Made by a program: the position numbers and the translations under genes. This document shows, in pieces, positions 43,919 through 54,866 of a stretch of 64,000 nucleotides of DNA. Where the stretch lies: positions 649,428,558 through 649,492,557 of the forward strand of contig NC_133619.1 of assembly GCF_048593235.1 (NCBI RefSeq), in the 5' to 3' direction. Position 1 is the first letter of the stretch. Each line of letters starts with the position of its first letter. The notes beneath the pieces are model-generated. The model was not told where the DNA came from and ran no database searches. It saw only the letters and a list, made by a program, of their open reading frames with translations. The DNA is from Sminthopsis crassicaudata (taxonomy: Eukaryota).

Positions 43919-45789
43919 ATGGAGGACAGCGCTGTGGATGGACCCCTCCCTGCGGCCGGCCCGGCCCCGGCCCCGGCGCCGGCCCCTCCCGTGGCTCCCC
44001 GGGTGCCCTTCCACTGCAGCGAGTGCGGGAAGAGCTTCCGCTACCGCTCCGATCTGCGGCGCCACTTCGCCCGGCACACGGCTCTCAAGCCCCACGCCTG
44101 CCCCCGCTGTGGCAAGGGCTTCAAGCACAGCTTCAACCTGGCCAATCACCTGCGCTCTCACACGGGCGAGCGGCCCTACCGCTGCTCCGCCTGCCCCAAG
44201 GGCTTCCGCGACTCCACCGGTCTCCTCCACCACCAGGTCAGGGGCCTGCTCCCCGTCCGCCCTCCTTCTGAGGCAGAGTGGGGGCCGTCGGGCCGGGTCT
44301 ACATGTGGGAATTCTCCCTTCTTCCTCCCCTCTGCAGGTGGTCCACACGGGTGAAAAGCCTTATTGCTGCCTGATCTGTGAGCTCCGCTTCTCCTCCCGC
44401 TCCAGCTTGGGCCGTCATCTGAAGCGCCAGCACCGAGGGATGTCCCCCCCGACACCCGCAGGCCTGGGCCCCTCCGGCTTAGTGCCCGGCCTCCTTCCTA
44501 CTCTGGGGCCCCCGGTCCCAGGCCCGTCCTGTAGCGCGTGTTCCGACGAGGGTCCCTGCGTGGCCTGTGGGGGTGGCCCGGAGCCCCCGGGCCCCGGGCC
44601 AGGCTCCTGGGTGGGGGGCTGGGGGACCGGGGGGACCGGCCCGTTTGTTTGTGGGGCCTGTGGCCGATGCTTCCTGGCGGGGGCTGAGCTGGCAGCCCAC
44701 TGGGCTGCTCACACAGATGTGAAACCCTTCAAGTGCCCCCGCTGTGAGCGCGACTTTAATGCCCCGGCCCTGTTGGAGCGCCACAAGCTCACCCATGATC
44801 TCCAAGGATCCTGGCCTGGGCCTGAGGGCAGGGAGGCTGGATTGGAGGCACCTGAGGATCTCCAGGAGCTCCCCTCTGAGGAGCCTCAGGAGTTCTCAGA
44901 GGAGCCCCAAGAGTTCCCCTCAGAGGATCTCCAGGAGTTTCCTTCCGAGGAACCCCAGGAGTTCCCAGAAGGGCCCCAGGAGTTCCCAGAGGGGCCCCAG
45001 GAGTTCCTTTCTGAGGAACCCCAAGAGTTCATCTCAGAGGAACCCCCAGAGTTCATCTCAGAGGATGTCCAGGAGTTCCCTGAAGAGGATCTTAGTGAGT
45101 TCCCCACTGAGGAGCCCCAAGAGTTCCCTCTGGAGGTAGCCCCAGAGGTATCCCAGGAGGCCCCCGTGGAGGAAGCTGAGGAGGTATCCCATGAGATACC
45201 TGTGGAGGTGCCCATAGAGGTATGCCAGGAGATACCCGGGGAGGAGGCCCCGTTCCCTGTGGCCGCTGAGCTGGGCGAGGCCTCGGAGGAGACCCTGTAC
45301 CAGTGCGACTGCGGGACCTTCTTTGCTTCCGCAGCAGCCTTGGCTGCCCACCTGGATGCCCACTCGGGCCCAGCTTCCTGTGTCTGTGGGGTGTGCGGGG
45401 CGGTCTATGGGGCAGTGGCGGCCCTGGAGGAGCACCACCACGGGAGCCACGGGGCCGGGCCTTCTCCGGGGGGGCCCCCCGCCGGCTCCGTCCGCACCCC
45501 CGCGGCTCTGGCGGCGGCGGCGGCCGGGAAGAAGGTGTTCAGCTGCTCCGAGTGTGAGAAGCTCTTCCGTTCCCCGAGGGACCTGGAGAGGCATGTGCTG
45601 GTCCACACTGGGGAGAAGCCCTTCCCGTGCCTGGAGTGCGGGAAGTTCTTCCGGCACGAGTGCTACCTCAAGCGGCACCGGCTGCTGCACGGGCCCGAGC
45701 GGCCCTTCCCCTGCCACGTCTGTGGCAAGGGTTTCATCACACTTAGCAACCTCTCCCGCCACCTGAAGCTTCACCGAGGGATGGACTGA
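43919..45789 (+). CDS. FIZ1: FLT3-interacting zinc finger 1 (589 aa; coding exons 43919-44236 and 44338-45789)
   Basis: PRVPFHCSECGKSFRYRSDLRRHFARH..GLLHHQ|VVHTGEKPYCC..SRHLKLHRGMD-stop matches recalled FIZ1. In-frame 101-nt GT-AG intron; ideal Kozak gccATGg. Confidence 0.95.
44854..45246 (+). repeat. In-frame 21/24-nt coding tandem repeat in FIZ1 (acidic EEPQEFPS units)
   Basis: 12 units of E(E/D/G)xxE(F/L)x(x) plus 4-5 diverged units, 131 aa in total. Confidence 0.95.
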
Positions 45790-46575
45790 GCAGCCCGCCG
45801 TCCTGGAGATCCTCCCGGCCTGAGTGGGACCAAGGGAACCTTGGAATTGGAGGGGGAGAGGGCTCCTGGTCTGGAGGGACCCCAGAGATGGAGGTTGGGG
45901 CCCCTGAGACCCCCGAGCATGAGGACAGGGCTGTGGGGCCGGGGGGAGGGAAATGGAAATCTGGGCAAGCTTAGGGAGCCGGCCCCACAGCCCCTGGGCC
46001 CAGCCAGCTGGCTGGGCACCTTGCCTTCTTCACTCTCCAGGAAGGGCCTCCAAGCCAACTGACCCCCAGGGAGGGAGGATGGGACAGGACCCCCAGGGAA
46101 GGGGCTGAGCCTGGTGCCCCTGCCCTGCCCAGCCCCCCTCAGAGCTGCTCCTGCAAGGTGGATTAGACTAACCCTGCTGCACCCCTCTTCCCCAAGGTGG
46201 ACTGCTCTGAATGGACAGAACCAATCCTCCGGATAAGGCTTTCACTTCATTCCCTCCCTCCCCGGACCAGTCTAGTCTGTCTCCCTCACCCCCTTAGAAT
46301 GAATTAACCGAGTTTGTCCTTTATGTAGAATGTGGACTGGTCCGCAGCCCCAGTGCCCCTCTCTTGCCCCCTGCCCCCGTCCCTATCCTTCCCACTCGGA
46401 GTGGGCTTCCTCCCAGCCTGGGAATCCCCCCTTTCGCCTCGTGGGCTTCGGGTCTCTGTCTCTTCCCTTTGTGTCTGTCTCTGTGTCCCCCAGACCGTCC
46501 CCGAGGACGGGGCGGGGGGCTCATCTGGAGGGCCTCATGTGTGCGCATCTGCTTCCCCACGCCCTCTGGACCCTT

Positions 46576-46581
46576 AATAAA
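46576..46581 (+). terminator. Poly(A) signal of FIZ1
   Basis: AATAAA about 790 nt downstream of the stop codon. Confidence 0.6.
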
Positions 46582-48474
46582 CTGGCCTGATACTCTCTCC
46601 GCCTTGCTCTTGTCTGTTGGGATGGGGGAGGGCCTGCCACATCTCATGGGGATGCTCCGCCCCGTTTCCCTGGTGGGGGGGGGATAGAGTTGGACTTTTG
46701 TCTGGGGAGCTGAGGCCCTGGGACAGTCACCCCTAGGGACTGGGGCAAGGCCTAGTTTTACAGATCTTAGAGCTACAGAGGGATTGCCCCTCCCCTTGGA
46801 AAGTGAACTTCAGGCACTTGGAGAGCATCCCTGCCCTAGAGACTCTGCTAGCAAGGGGGGAGTGAGTGTCCTTGGGCCCTCATCGGGACCTGTTCCTCCT
46901 CTGTCAGAAGGGCGGAGGATGCGGCTTCTCCTGGGGAGAGAACCCTTCATGGGCTCAGCTGACTACTTGAGTGAGCACTAGTAAGCTTTGCCTCAGTTTC
47001 CCTGTCCGAAGATCCTTCTGGCAATAATGACCTGGCCCCTCCAGGTGAGCTGGACCGCTCAGAGAGGGCACTTGTCCAAAATGCCAGAATGGGCAGAAGC
47101 TGCGTGGAGGTAAATTTCAGCGTGTCCAAGAAAGCCTGCCTAAAAGGCCCGGCCCCCCGGGCTTAGCTAGCGGGGCAGCTGGAAAGTGTGCCCGGCGGAT
47201 CGGGCATCTGTGAAGTGCCTGCTGTGTGCCAGACACCTTGTTAAGTAAAGAAAGCTCAAAGGCACCCAGGAGCTCACGATCACTGGAAGGGAGGGTTTTA
47301 GCGGAGATCTGAAAGGAGCCGGGAGGTGGAGATGAGGCCGGAGCACAGCCCTGGAGACCTTCTCGAGATGCAAGCGGCACAGAGCAGCAGGGAGGCCAGA
47401 CGGGCTGGCTCCAAAGGCAGGAGCAGTGGATGTAAAGGGTTGGGAACCCTAGAGTTGCGATTTCATCCCGGGGGTGGGGAAGGAAGGTCACACTTTGGCT
47501 GCTGAGGGGGGATGAATTGGAGCTGAGGTGGGCTTGCCCTCGCTGGGGGGAGGACAGAGGGGCTGCGCTGGGGACGTGTTGCCCAGCTGAGATGGCCAGC
47601 TCTGGGCGCCATATTGGAAATGAGGGTGAGAGTGAGTCCCGGACGATTCCTGGCTCATGGCCCCGGGGCTGGAGGTGCCCAGAGCAGGGACGCTGGGAAG
47701 GGAAAGGTTTGGGGGGTGCGGAGTTCGTGTTTTGGACACCAGTTGGAGTGAAGGGTTTGAGAAGGCTCCCTGCATGGCCATTGCGGAGGTCACCAGGCGG
47801 AGTGGACTGGAAGAGGCCCAGGAGAGAGGCCTGGGGGGCGCCAGGTTCACAGTAACTCCCAAGGGCGGGGGCAGAGAGAGGATGAGCACAAAGGCCGCTG
47901 AATTTGGCGATGAAGAGACCCCCGGTTACGGGACAAAAGCAACCAAGTGACCCTACTCTGGGAGCTCACGGTCAAATCGGGGGGCAGGATGCACACGAAA
48001 TGTACGCGGGGGGAATGGGGGCATCCCAGGGGGAAAGCAGCCGCCTCTCGGTGCCTGCGGAAGGCAGGCTGTGGCTGGGAGGGGGAGCTCGGGCCGGGGG
48101 CGCCATTCGTGGGAAGGGGGCAGATGCGGAGGAGCCCCTGGGGGAGGGCTGCCAGGACTGGGCCATGAATGGCCGGAGGGGGGCAGGGGCAGCCGAGGGA
48201 CAAAGGGGCCTCTGAGCTGCAGAGCCGGATTGCCGGGTGCCTGGCGGTGCCGGCCGCAGCGGGGAGGGGGGGAAGGGGCCCTGCGGGCGACTTGGAACGG
48301 AGGGGAGACGCAAAGCGGAGCGGGTCTGCGCAGCTGCGCATGCTCGGGGATCCCCAAGAGAGGGCCTCGGGGGAGACTGCCTACTAAAGTCTCCTTCTGC
48401 AAAGGAGGGCCTGATATCTGGTGAGGCAGGAGAGGTTTCTGCGGAAAACATGAGCCATCCCTCCCCCAACGCCC

Positions 48475-49244
48475 AAGAGACAGACCCCGCCCGCCCCGGG
48501 AGGGAAGCCATCTTCTGAGAGCCCGAGCTCTCTTCTTAGTGACAGTCCCCGCCCCTGGCGACAAGCCCCGCCCCTTAAGCCGAGATCCGCCCTGGGGAAG
48601 AAGCCATCTCCTGGGAGTCGGAGCTCTCCTCTTAGTGACAGGCTCCGCCCCTAGTGACAAAGCCCCGCCCATTAAAGACCAGCACCGCCCCGGGGGTGAA
48701 GCCATCTTGGAGCCCCGGCTCTTCGGCTCTTCGCTTAGTGACAGACCCCGCCTCCTGGCGTTAGGCCTCTCCCCCTGAGAGACAAGGTCTGCCCCCTTAA
48801 AGACCAGACCCGCCCCCAGGCCGAAGCCATCTTCTTAAAGCTCGAGCCCTTCGCTAGGGGGAGAGGCCCGCCCCTGAGGGGGGTGAATCGGGTCTCCGAT
48901 CGCGAAACCCAACACCCCCCCCACACCCCACCCCCCGACTTAGCCATAGACTCCGCCCCCGAGCTCTGCGCGCAGGCGCTCACGAGTCCCTCTCCGGGGT
49001 GTGGCCCGGGCGGGCGCGGGCCTGGAGCCCCCCCTTCCTCCCTCCTCCACCCACCCCCTGTGCGCGCCGGGGGCGGGGCCGCGCTTGCATCCGGGGAGCC
49101 GGAAGAGAGCGGTGCCCCTCCCCCGCCCGCCCGGCGCGGCCCTCCCCCGCCCCACCCTCCCCCGTGTCCGAGTCCGTCTGTCCGTCCGTCCGTCAGTCCG
49201 CGCGTGAGGGAGGAGGCCCCGAGGCCGGAGGGAGCTAGGAGGAG
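48475..49244 (+). promoter_or_regulatory. ZNF579 promoter (four-fold repeated module) and non-coding exon 1
   Basis: Four degenerate 96-125-bp modules at 48475-48880, a CpG island, and donor gag|gtgaga at 49244/49245. Confidence 0.65.
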
Positions 49245-49629
49245 GTGAGACAGCGCGGGGGGAGGGGAGGGGGCCCAGCGCGCCCCCGCGGCGCTCACCC
49301 CTTCCCCCGCCGCGCGTGCCCCCCCAAGAGCCGCCCAGTGGGGGGTCCGTGCCTGTCCCCGGTCATCATCCCTGCGATCTCTGTGTGCATCCCCCGCATG
49401 TGTGCTTCCCCGCCCCGACCCCCATCTCCCCCACCCCTTCTGTGTCCCCCCTCCCTTACCCCTCCTGTGCCCCTCTTCTTCCCGCCCCATAGCCAGCTCC
49501 CCGCCACTCTGCCCCCCAGTCTAGCTTCAGACATTATCTGGTGACTCTGGGCAAGTCACCTTTGTGTCCGTCTTCAAAGGAGGGTAATAAGGGCAGCTGC
49601 GAGGCTGTGGCACACAGTAGGCGCCAAGT

Positions 49630-50520
49630 GAATGCCTCCCTTCTCTCTCTCCTTCCCTTTTTTCGGTTTCTCTCCCTCCTCGGCCTCCATCCCTGCCCTT
49701 TTCTCCCCCTCTGTCTCTCTCCTCCGTCTTTGTCTCTCTCCCTCCGTCTCTCCGTTTCCCTCCATTTCTCTCCCCCTCCATCTCTGTCTCTCCCTCTTCA
49801 TCTCTGTCTCTCTCCCTCCATCTCTTATTCTCTCTCCCTCTGTCTCTGTCACTTCCATCTCTCTCCCCTCCATCTTTCCCTCTCCATCTTTCTCTCTCTC
49901 CTCCTCCATCTCTCTTTCCCTTTCCTCCCCATCTCCTTCTCCCTCCATCTCTCCCCCCATCTCTCTGTCTTTTTCCTCTCCCTCCTCCCCTCATCTCTCC
50001 CCCTCCCCCATCTATTTCTCCCCTCCCTCTCTCTCTCTCCCTCCATCTCTTATTCTCTCTCCCTCTGTCTCTGTCACTTCCATTTCTCTCCCCTCCATCT
50101 TTCCCTCTCCATCTTTCTCCCCTCGCTCTTTCTCTCCTCCTCCATCTCTCTTTCCCTTTCCTCCCCATCTCCTTCTCCCTCCATCTCTCCCTCCATCTCT
50201 CTCTCTGTCTTTTTTCTCTCCCTCCTCCCCTCATCTCTCCCCCTCCCCCATCTATTTCTCCCCTCCCTCTCTCTCTCCCCATCTCCTTCTCCCCCCATCT
50301 CTCTCTCTGTCTTTTTCCTCTCCCTCCTCCCCTCATCTCTCCCCCTCCATCTCTCCCCCTCCCCCATCTATCTCTCCCCTCTCTCTCTCTCTCCCCCTCC
50401 ATCTCTCTCTGTCTCTCTCTCTCTCCCCATCTCCTTCTCCCTCCATCTCTCCCTCTCCCCCATCTATCTCTCCCCTCCCTCTCTCTCTGTCTCTCTCTCT
50501 CTCTCTCTCTCCCCCCTCCC
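49630..50520. repeat. Polypyrimidine (CT-rich) tract in ZNF579 intron 1 with a 225-bp internal duplication
   Basis: About 890 bp of almost pure C/T; ccatctcttattctctctccctctgtctctgtcacttccat recurs at 49818 and 50043. Confidence 0.9.
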
Positions 50521-50675
50521 CCCAGGCCCACCTCCCGCGTCTCCCTCAGCGTCCCCTTTCCTGGGGACCTCGCTGGCTCCCCTCCTCCTCTGCCGGTGTC
50601 TGGGTCAGCCCCGGACCCCGCCTCTCAGCTGGCCCCTTGTGTACATCACATCTCTCTCTCTCTTTCCCTGCAGGT

Positions 50676-52169
50676 ATGGACCCCCAGCCCCCTCCGCCAG
50701 CCCCAGGCGCCTCACCTCGGGGTCGGGGCCGGGGCCGGGGCCGGGGCCGAGGCCGGGGTCGGGGCCGAGGCGGCGGAGCTGCTCCCAGGGCCCCCCTGCC
50801 CTGTCCCACCTGCGGCCGCCTCTTCCGCTTCCCCTACTACCTGTCCCGCCACCGGCTCAGTCACTCGGGCCTGCGCCCCCACGCCTGCCCCCTGTGCCCC
50901 AAGGCCTTCCGCCGGCCGGCCCACCTAGCCCGGCACCTGCGGGGCCACGGCCCTCAGCCGCCTCTGCGCTGCGCGGCCTGCCCCCGCACCTTCCCGGAGC
51001 CGGCTCAGCTGCAGCTGCACCTGGCCCAGGAGCACGGCGGCGGGGGGGAGCCGGCGGGGGCCGAGGCGCCGGGGGGCCAGGAGCCCGCGGCGGAGCCGGC
51101 CCCCGCCGCGGGCCCCGCCGAGGACGCCCAGGAGGAGGCGGCCGAGCTGGCCCGGGCGGCGGCTGGCCGCGGGGAGGAGAAGGAGGTCCTGCTGCAGGCC
51201 GACTGGACCCTGCTGTGCCTGCGCTGCAGAGAGGCCTTCCCCACCAAGGGGGAGCTGAAGGCTCACCCGTGCCTGCGGAGCTCGGGGGGCCGGGCGGGCC
51301 CCGACGGGGAGCCCGGGCCCCCTCCGCGGCCCAAGCGCCACCAGTGCCCCGTCTGCCTCAAGGCCTTCGCCAGGCCCTGGTCGCTGTCCCGCCACCGGCT
51401 GGTTCACTCCCCGGACCGGCCGTTCGCCTGCCCGGACTGCGGCCTGGCCTTCCGCCTGGCCTCCTACCTCCGGCAGCACCGCCGGGTGCATGGCGCCCTG
51501 AGCCTGCTGGCCCCCTCGCCCTCTCGGGCAGACAAGGAGGAGAGAGGCGTGGCCGGCGCTTCCAAGGGATGGAACTTTGCCAAAGGGGCGGAATCCCAGG
51601 GGCAGAACGGAGAAGATGGGGGGGGTCTCCAAGGAGAAGCGGGGCCCGGGGAGGACCCCCCCCCGCCTCCTCCGCCGCCCGTGGAGCCCCGTTTCGGTGC
51701 CCGGAGTGCGGCAAGGGCTTCCGTCGGCCGCGCCCACCTCCGCCAGCACGGCGTCACCCACTCGGGAGCCAGGCCCCTTCCAGTGTGTCCGCTGCCAGCG
51801 GGAGTTCAAGCGACTGGCGGACCTGGCCCGTCACGCCCAGGTGCACGCTGGGGGCCCCGCCCCGCACCCCTGCCCCCGCTGCCCGCCGCCGCTTCTCCAG
51901 GGCCTATAGCCTCCTGCGGCACCAGCGGTGTCACCGGGCCGAGGTGGAAGGGGGCCCTGAGCAGGGCTGCCGCCCCCGTCGAGGAGGCGGCCCCGGCCCC
52001 GGCGGAGACAGTGGACGACCCCCCCTCTCCCCCCTCTCCCTCTCGGAGCCCTCCGCCTGCCCCGGCATACCTCAGCGCCTCCTGCTTTGACAGTCAGGAC
52101 CACTCAGCCTTTGATCTGGAGGAGGAGGAAGAGGGGGGGCTGGGGGGGACAGAAAGGGTGCCCTCCTGA
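50676..52169 (+). CDS. ZNF579: Zinc finger protein 579 (about 496 aa once five clustered indels are corrected)
   Basis: MDPQPPPP..(RG)9..LPCPTCGRLFRFPYYLSRH, VLLQADWTLLCLRC and YLSASCFDSQDHSAF match recalled ZNF579. Acceptor cag| at 50673/50674. Fingers between about 51690 and 51955 are split across frames. Confidence 0.93.
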   Translation: MDPQPPPPAPGASPRGRGRGRGRGRGRGRGRGGGAAPRAPLPCPTCGRLFRFPYYLSRHRLSHSGLRPHACPLCPKAFRRPAHLARHLRGHGPQPPLRCAACPRTFPEPAQLQLHLAQEHGGGGEPAGAEAPGGQEPAAEPAPAAGPAEDAQEEAAELARAAAGRGEEKEVLLQADWTLLCLRCREAFPTKGELKAHPCLRSSGGRAGPDGEPGPPPRPKRHQCPVCLKAFARPWSLSRHRLVHSPDRPFACPDCGLAFRLASYLRQHRRVHGALSLLAPSPSRADKEERGVAGASKGWNFAKGAESQGQNGEDGGGLQGEAGPGEDPPPPPPPPVEPRFGARSAARASVGRAHLRQHGVTHSGARPLPVCPLPAGVQATGGPGPSRPGARWGPRPAPLPPLPAAASPGPIASCGTSGVTGPRWKGALSRAAAPVEEAAPAPAETVDDPPSPPSPSRSPPPAPAYLSASCFDSQDHSAFDLEEEEEGGLGGTERVPS

Positions 52170-52579
52170 CATCAGAACCCCCCCCACGTGTTTTGTGGCC
52201 ACCCCGTCCCCTCTGCCCCGTCTCTGGAAGAAAGAGCAAGATTGAGGTGAGGGGTGTCTCCCTGGGGAGATGGCCAAGAGTTCGGGACCCTAATTCCCCC
52301 CTTTTGCAGGATAGATCCCCACACACACACACACACTGACCCGGACCCCATCCTCTTGCCACCATCAGGCAGCAGATAGGGCCCACGCTCCAGCTGAGCG
52401 GAGTCGGGGGGCCTCTGCCCCCTCCCCTGCCGGTCTCCTTGCCCCTCTGCCCACGCCCAGGCCTTCCAGGTCTCTAGTCTGCAGCAGCAGCAGCAGCACC
52501 GGGGAAGAGCAGAATGGCAGGGTCCCAGAGTGCGGGCTGGGGGTGGCGTGTCTGTTCCCTGTTCCCCTGTCTGTCTATG

Positions 52580-52585
52580 AATAAA
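52580..52585 (+). terminator. Poly(A) signal of ZNF579
   Basis: AATAAA about 410 nt downstream of the stop codon. Confidence 0.65.
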
Positions 52586-54159
52586 TTCGACTGGAGCCCA
52601 GCGGAGCCAGACCATGGGCTGTCTGTGCGCGGGGGTGGGGTGGGGGGCCGGCCGGCCGGGGAGGGCTCGGACTGAAGGCCCCCTCCCTCAGCCGGGCAGA
52701 TTTGCCGCCCTGGATCCTGTAAGCATTTGCCGTAGGCCTTGGGAGAAGAAGACAGAAGTGGAGAAGAAGACAGAAGTGGCCGATTCCTGCCCCAGGAACC
52801 TGAGCCCTGCCTCCCTGCACCTCCCGCTTCCCTCAGGCTGCAGGCCAGACGGGCTAGCCTCGCCTGCTTTTGGCCTCCCCTCTGCCCAGCCCAGTCTCCC
52901 ACCAGATGGGGTCAGCGACAGGGACATAGCCCCTCGGGCTTGGTCGACATAGAATTAAATGGCTGAGCCTGGCTCTGAACCGCAGCCCCCCGAGCTCCTG
53001 CCCCAGCTCTTAGGGGACTGAGCCTGGCTTTGAACCACAGCCCCCCAAGTTCCTGGCCAGCTCTGAACAAGCCCTTGGGGAGCTCTTGCTTCTGCCCTGT
53101 CAGGAGCAGCAGCAGTAGCTTCCAGTGACCCTTTTATGCAAGGCAGGGGGGAGGCGGGCCCCCAGCGGCCTTGTTTTGCCCACCGGGACCTTGCTTTGCC
53201 CAAGGTCAAACAGACGCTGGCTGGCTGACGCTGGGGGGAATGGGGCCTTGGGGGCTCCGGGGACAGCTTGCTCCTCGGGCCGGAAGGCTTGGCGTCTCGG
53301 GCTGGAGGTCAGAGCGAATGGGGTGACCCCAGGGAGCTTGTGTGGCTAAAAGAGGAGGTGAAAAGCCAGCTCTGGATCCCGGCGTCTTCCTGGCAGAGGG
53401 AGGGCAGGGGGCCAGGGCCTCCTGGGCCGAGTGGACACGCCTGGGACCCAGGTGTTCAGCACCCCTAGCCATGAGTCTGTCAACAGCTTCCCACAACTCA
53501 ATCTGCCAGTCTCCGCCCTGGGGGCCTGGGGGCGAGTTCAGAACCAAGCCCTGCCCCTTGCTAAGAGTCCCTTCCTACAGGAAGCCTTCCTGGCTTGACG
53601 CCCTTAGATTTCGGGGAGGGTGTCTGGCTCTCTGGAGAAGCCGCGGCTAGAGCCCACATCGCTGGGTCCCTGAGTGGGGATATCCAGGGCTAAAGGGAGG
53701 CCCGGGCTTCCTCCTGTGCCCCGGCCCTCGGGGGTTCACAATACGTTTTGTCCCGTCTCGATCCTGTCCTGGGACAGGAGCCCGGGGCCTGAGCCAAGCT
53801 AAGTTTGGAAGGGGGAGGGGGGGCCGAGGGTCAGGGGGGGTAAAGAAGGGGGCGGGGGCCACACGTCTCTGTCACCAACTTGGCCCCATCCACACCCCCT
53901 GCACAGGCGGCGGGCGGCTAGACAAAGGAGGAGACCCACAGCGCCAAGAGCCGGGGTGCCGGAGCGGCCACGGGGCAGGAGCCGCAGGGAGGGGGCAGAG
54001 CGCCAGACGGCCAGAGACCGGAGGGGGTCCCGCGGCCAAACTGAGGCAGACCGGGAGGGAGCCAGGCAGGCAGAGCCAGGGCCAGGTGGATGTGCAGCCC
54101 GAGCCCCGGGCAGACAGGGCGCCCACTGGCACAAACAGCCGCGAGAGCCAGGTTCTTGC

Positions 54160-54560
54160 TCCTCCGCCTTTCTCCCCCACCCCCTCTCCCTTCTTCCTGT
54201 CTCTTCCCTCTCCCTTCTTCCTCTCTGTGCCCTCTCCCTTCTCCCTCTTCTCTGTTTCTTCTTCCTCTTCCTTCTTTTGTCTCTTCTCCCTTCTTCCTGT
54301 GTCTGTCTCCTCTCCCTTCTCCCTCATTTCTTCATCCTTGCCCTTTTCCTTCTTTTGTCACTCTTCCCCTTCTCCCTCCCCTGTTTCTCTTCCCTCTCCC
54401 CCCTTTCTCTCTTCTCTATCTCGTTCCTCTCTCCCTCTTTCCTCTCTTTTTCATCTGTCCCTCTCTCCTCCCTCTTTGCTTCCTCTCCTTCCTTCTTTCG
54501 GGTCTCCCTCTTTCCTTCTTTCTTTCCTTTCCCCCTCTTCTCTCTGGCACTGTCTGTTTC
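54160..54560. repeat. CT-rich low-complexity tract
   Basis: Directly visible polypyrimidine run upstream of SBK3. Confidence 0.85.
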
Positions 54561-54866
54561 TCTCCCATACAGGAGAACTGACTGATAAAGAGCAAGGACA
54601 AAAACCCAAAAGGAGGGCCAGAGACTTATCAGAGAGAAACAAGAATCTGAGAGCCTCGCACAAAGACAGAAAGGGTAAAAGGAGGCAGGGAGAAGGGATA
54701 GCTGCAGATGCAGAAACAGAGAAAGTGATTTTGGGTCAGGGACAGAGCCTGGAAAAGACAAAGAGGAAGCCGGAGACAGAGGCGGGGACCCGTAAAAGCT
54801 AGAGTTCTCCCAAAGGTGTCTGGAGGGGGCGGGCGCCCCATTGCCAGCACACAAGGCCCCCCTGAA

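Noticed and set aside
49527-50675. Long Leu/Ser/Pro or Arg/Glu/Gly ORF extensions upstream of ZNF579
   Set aside because: Translations of the CT-rich intron; a splice acceptor lies immediately before the true ATG at 50676.
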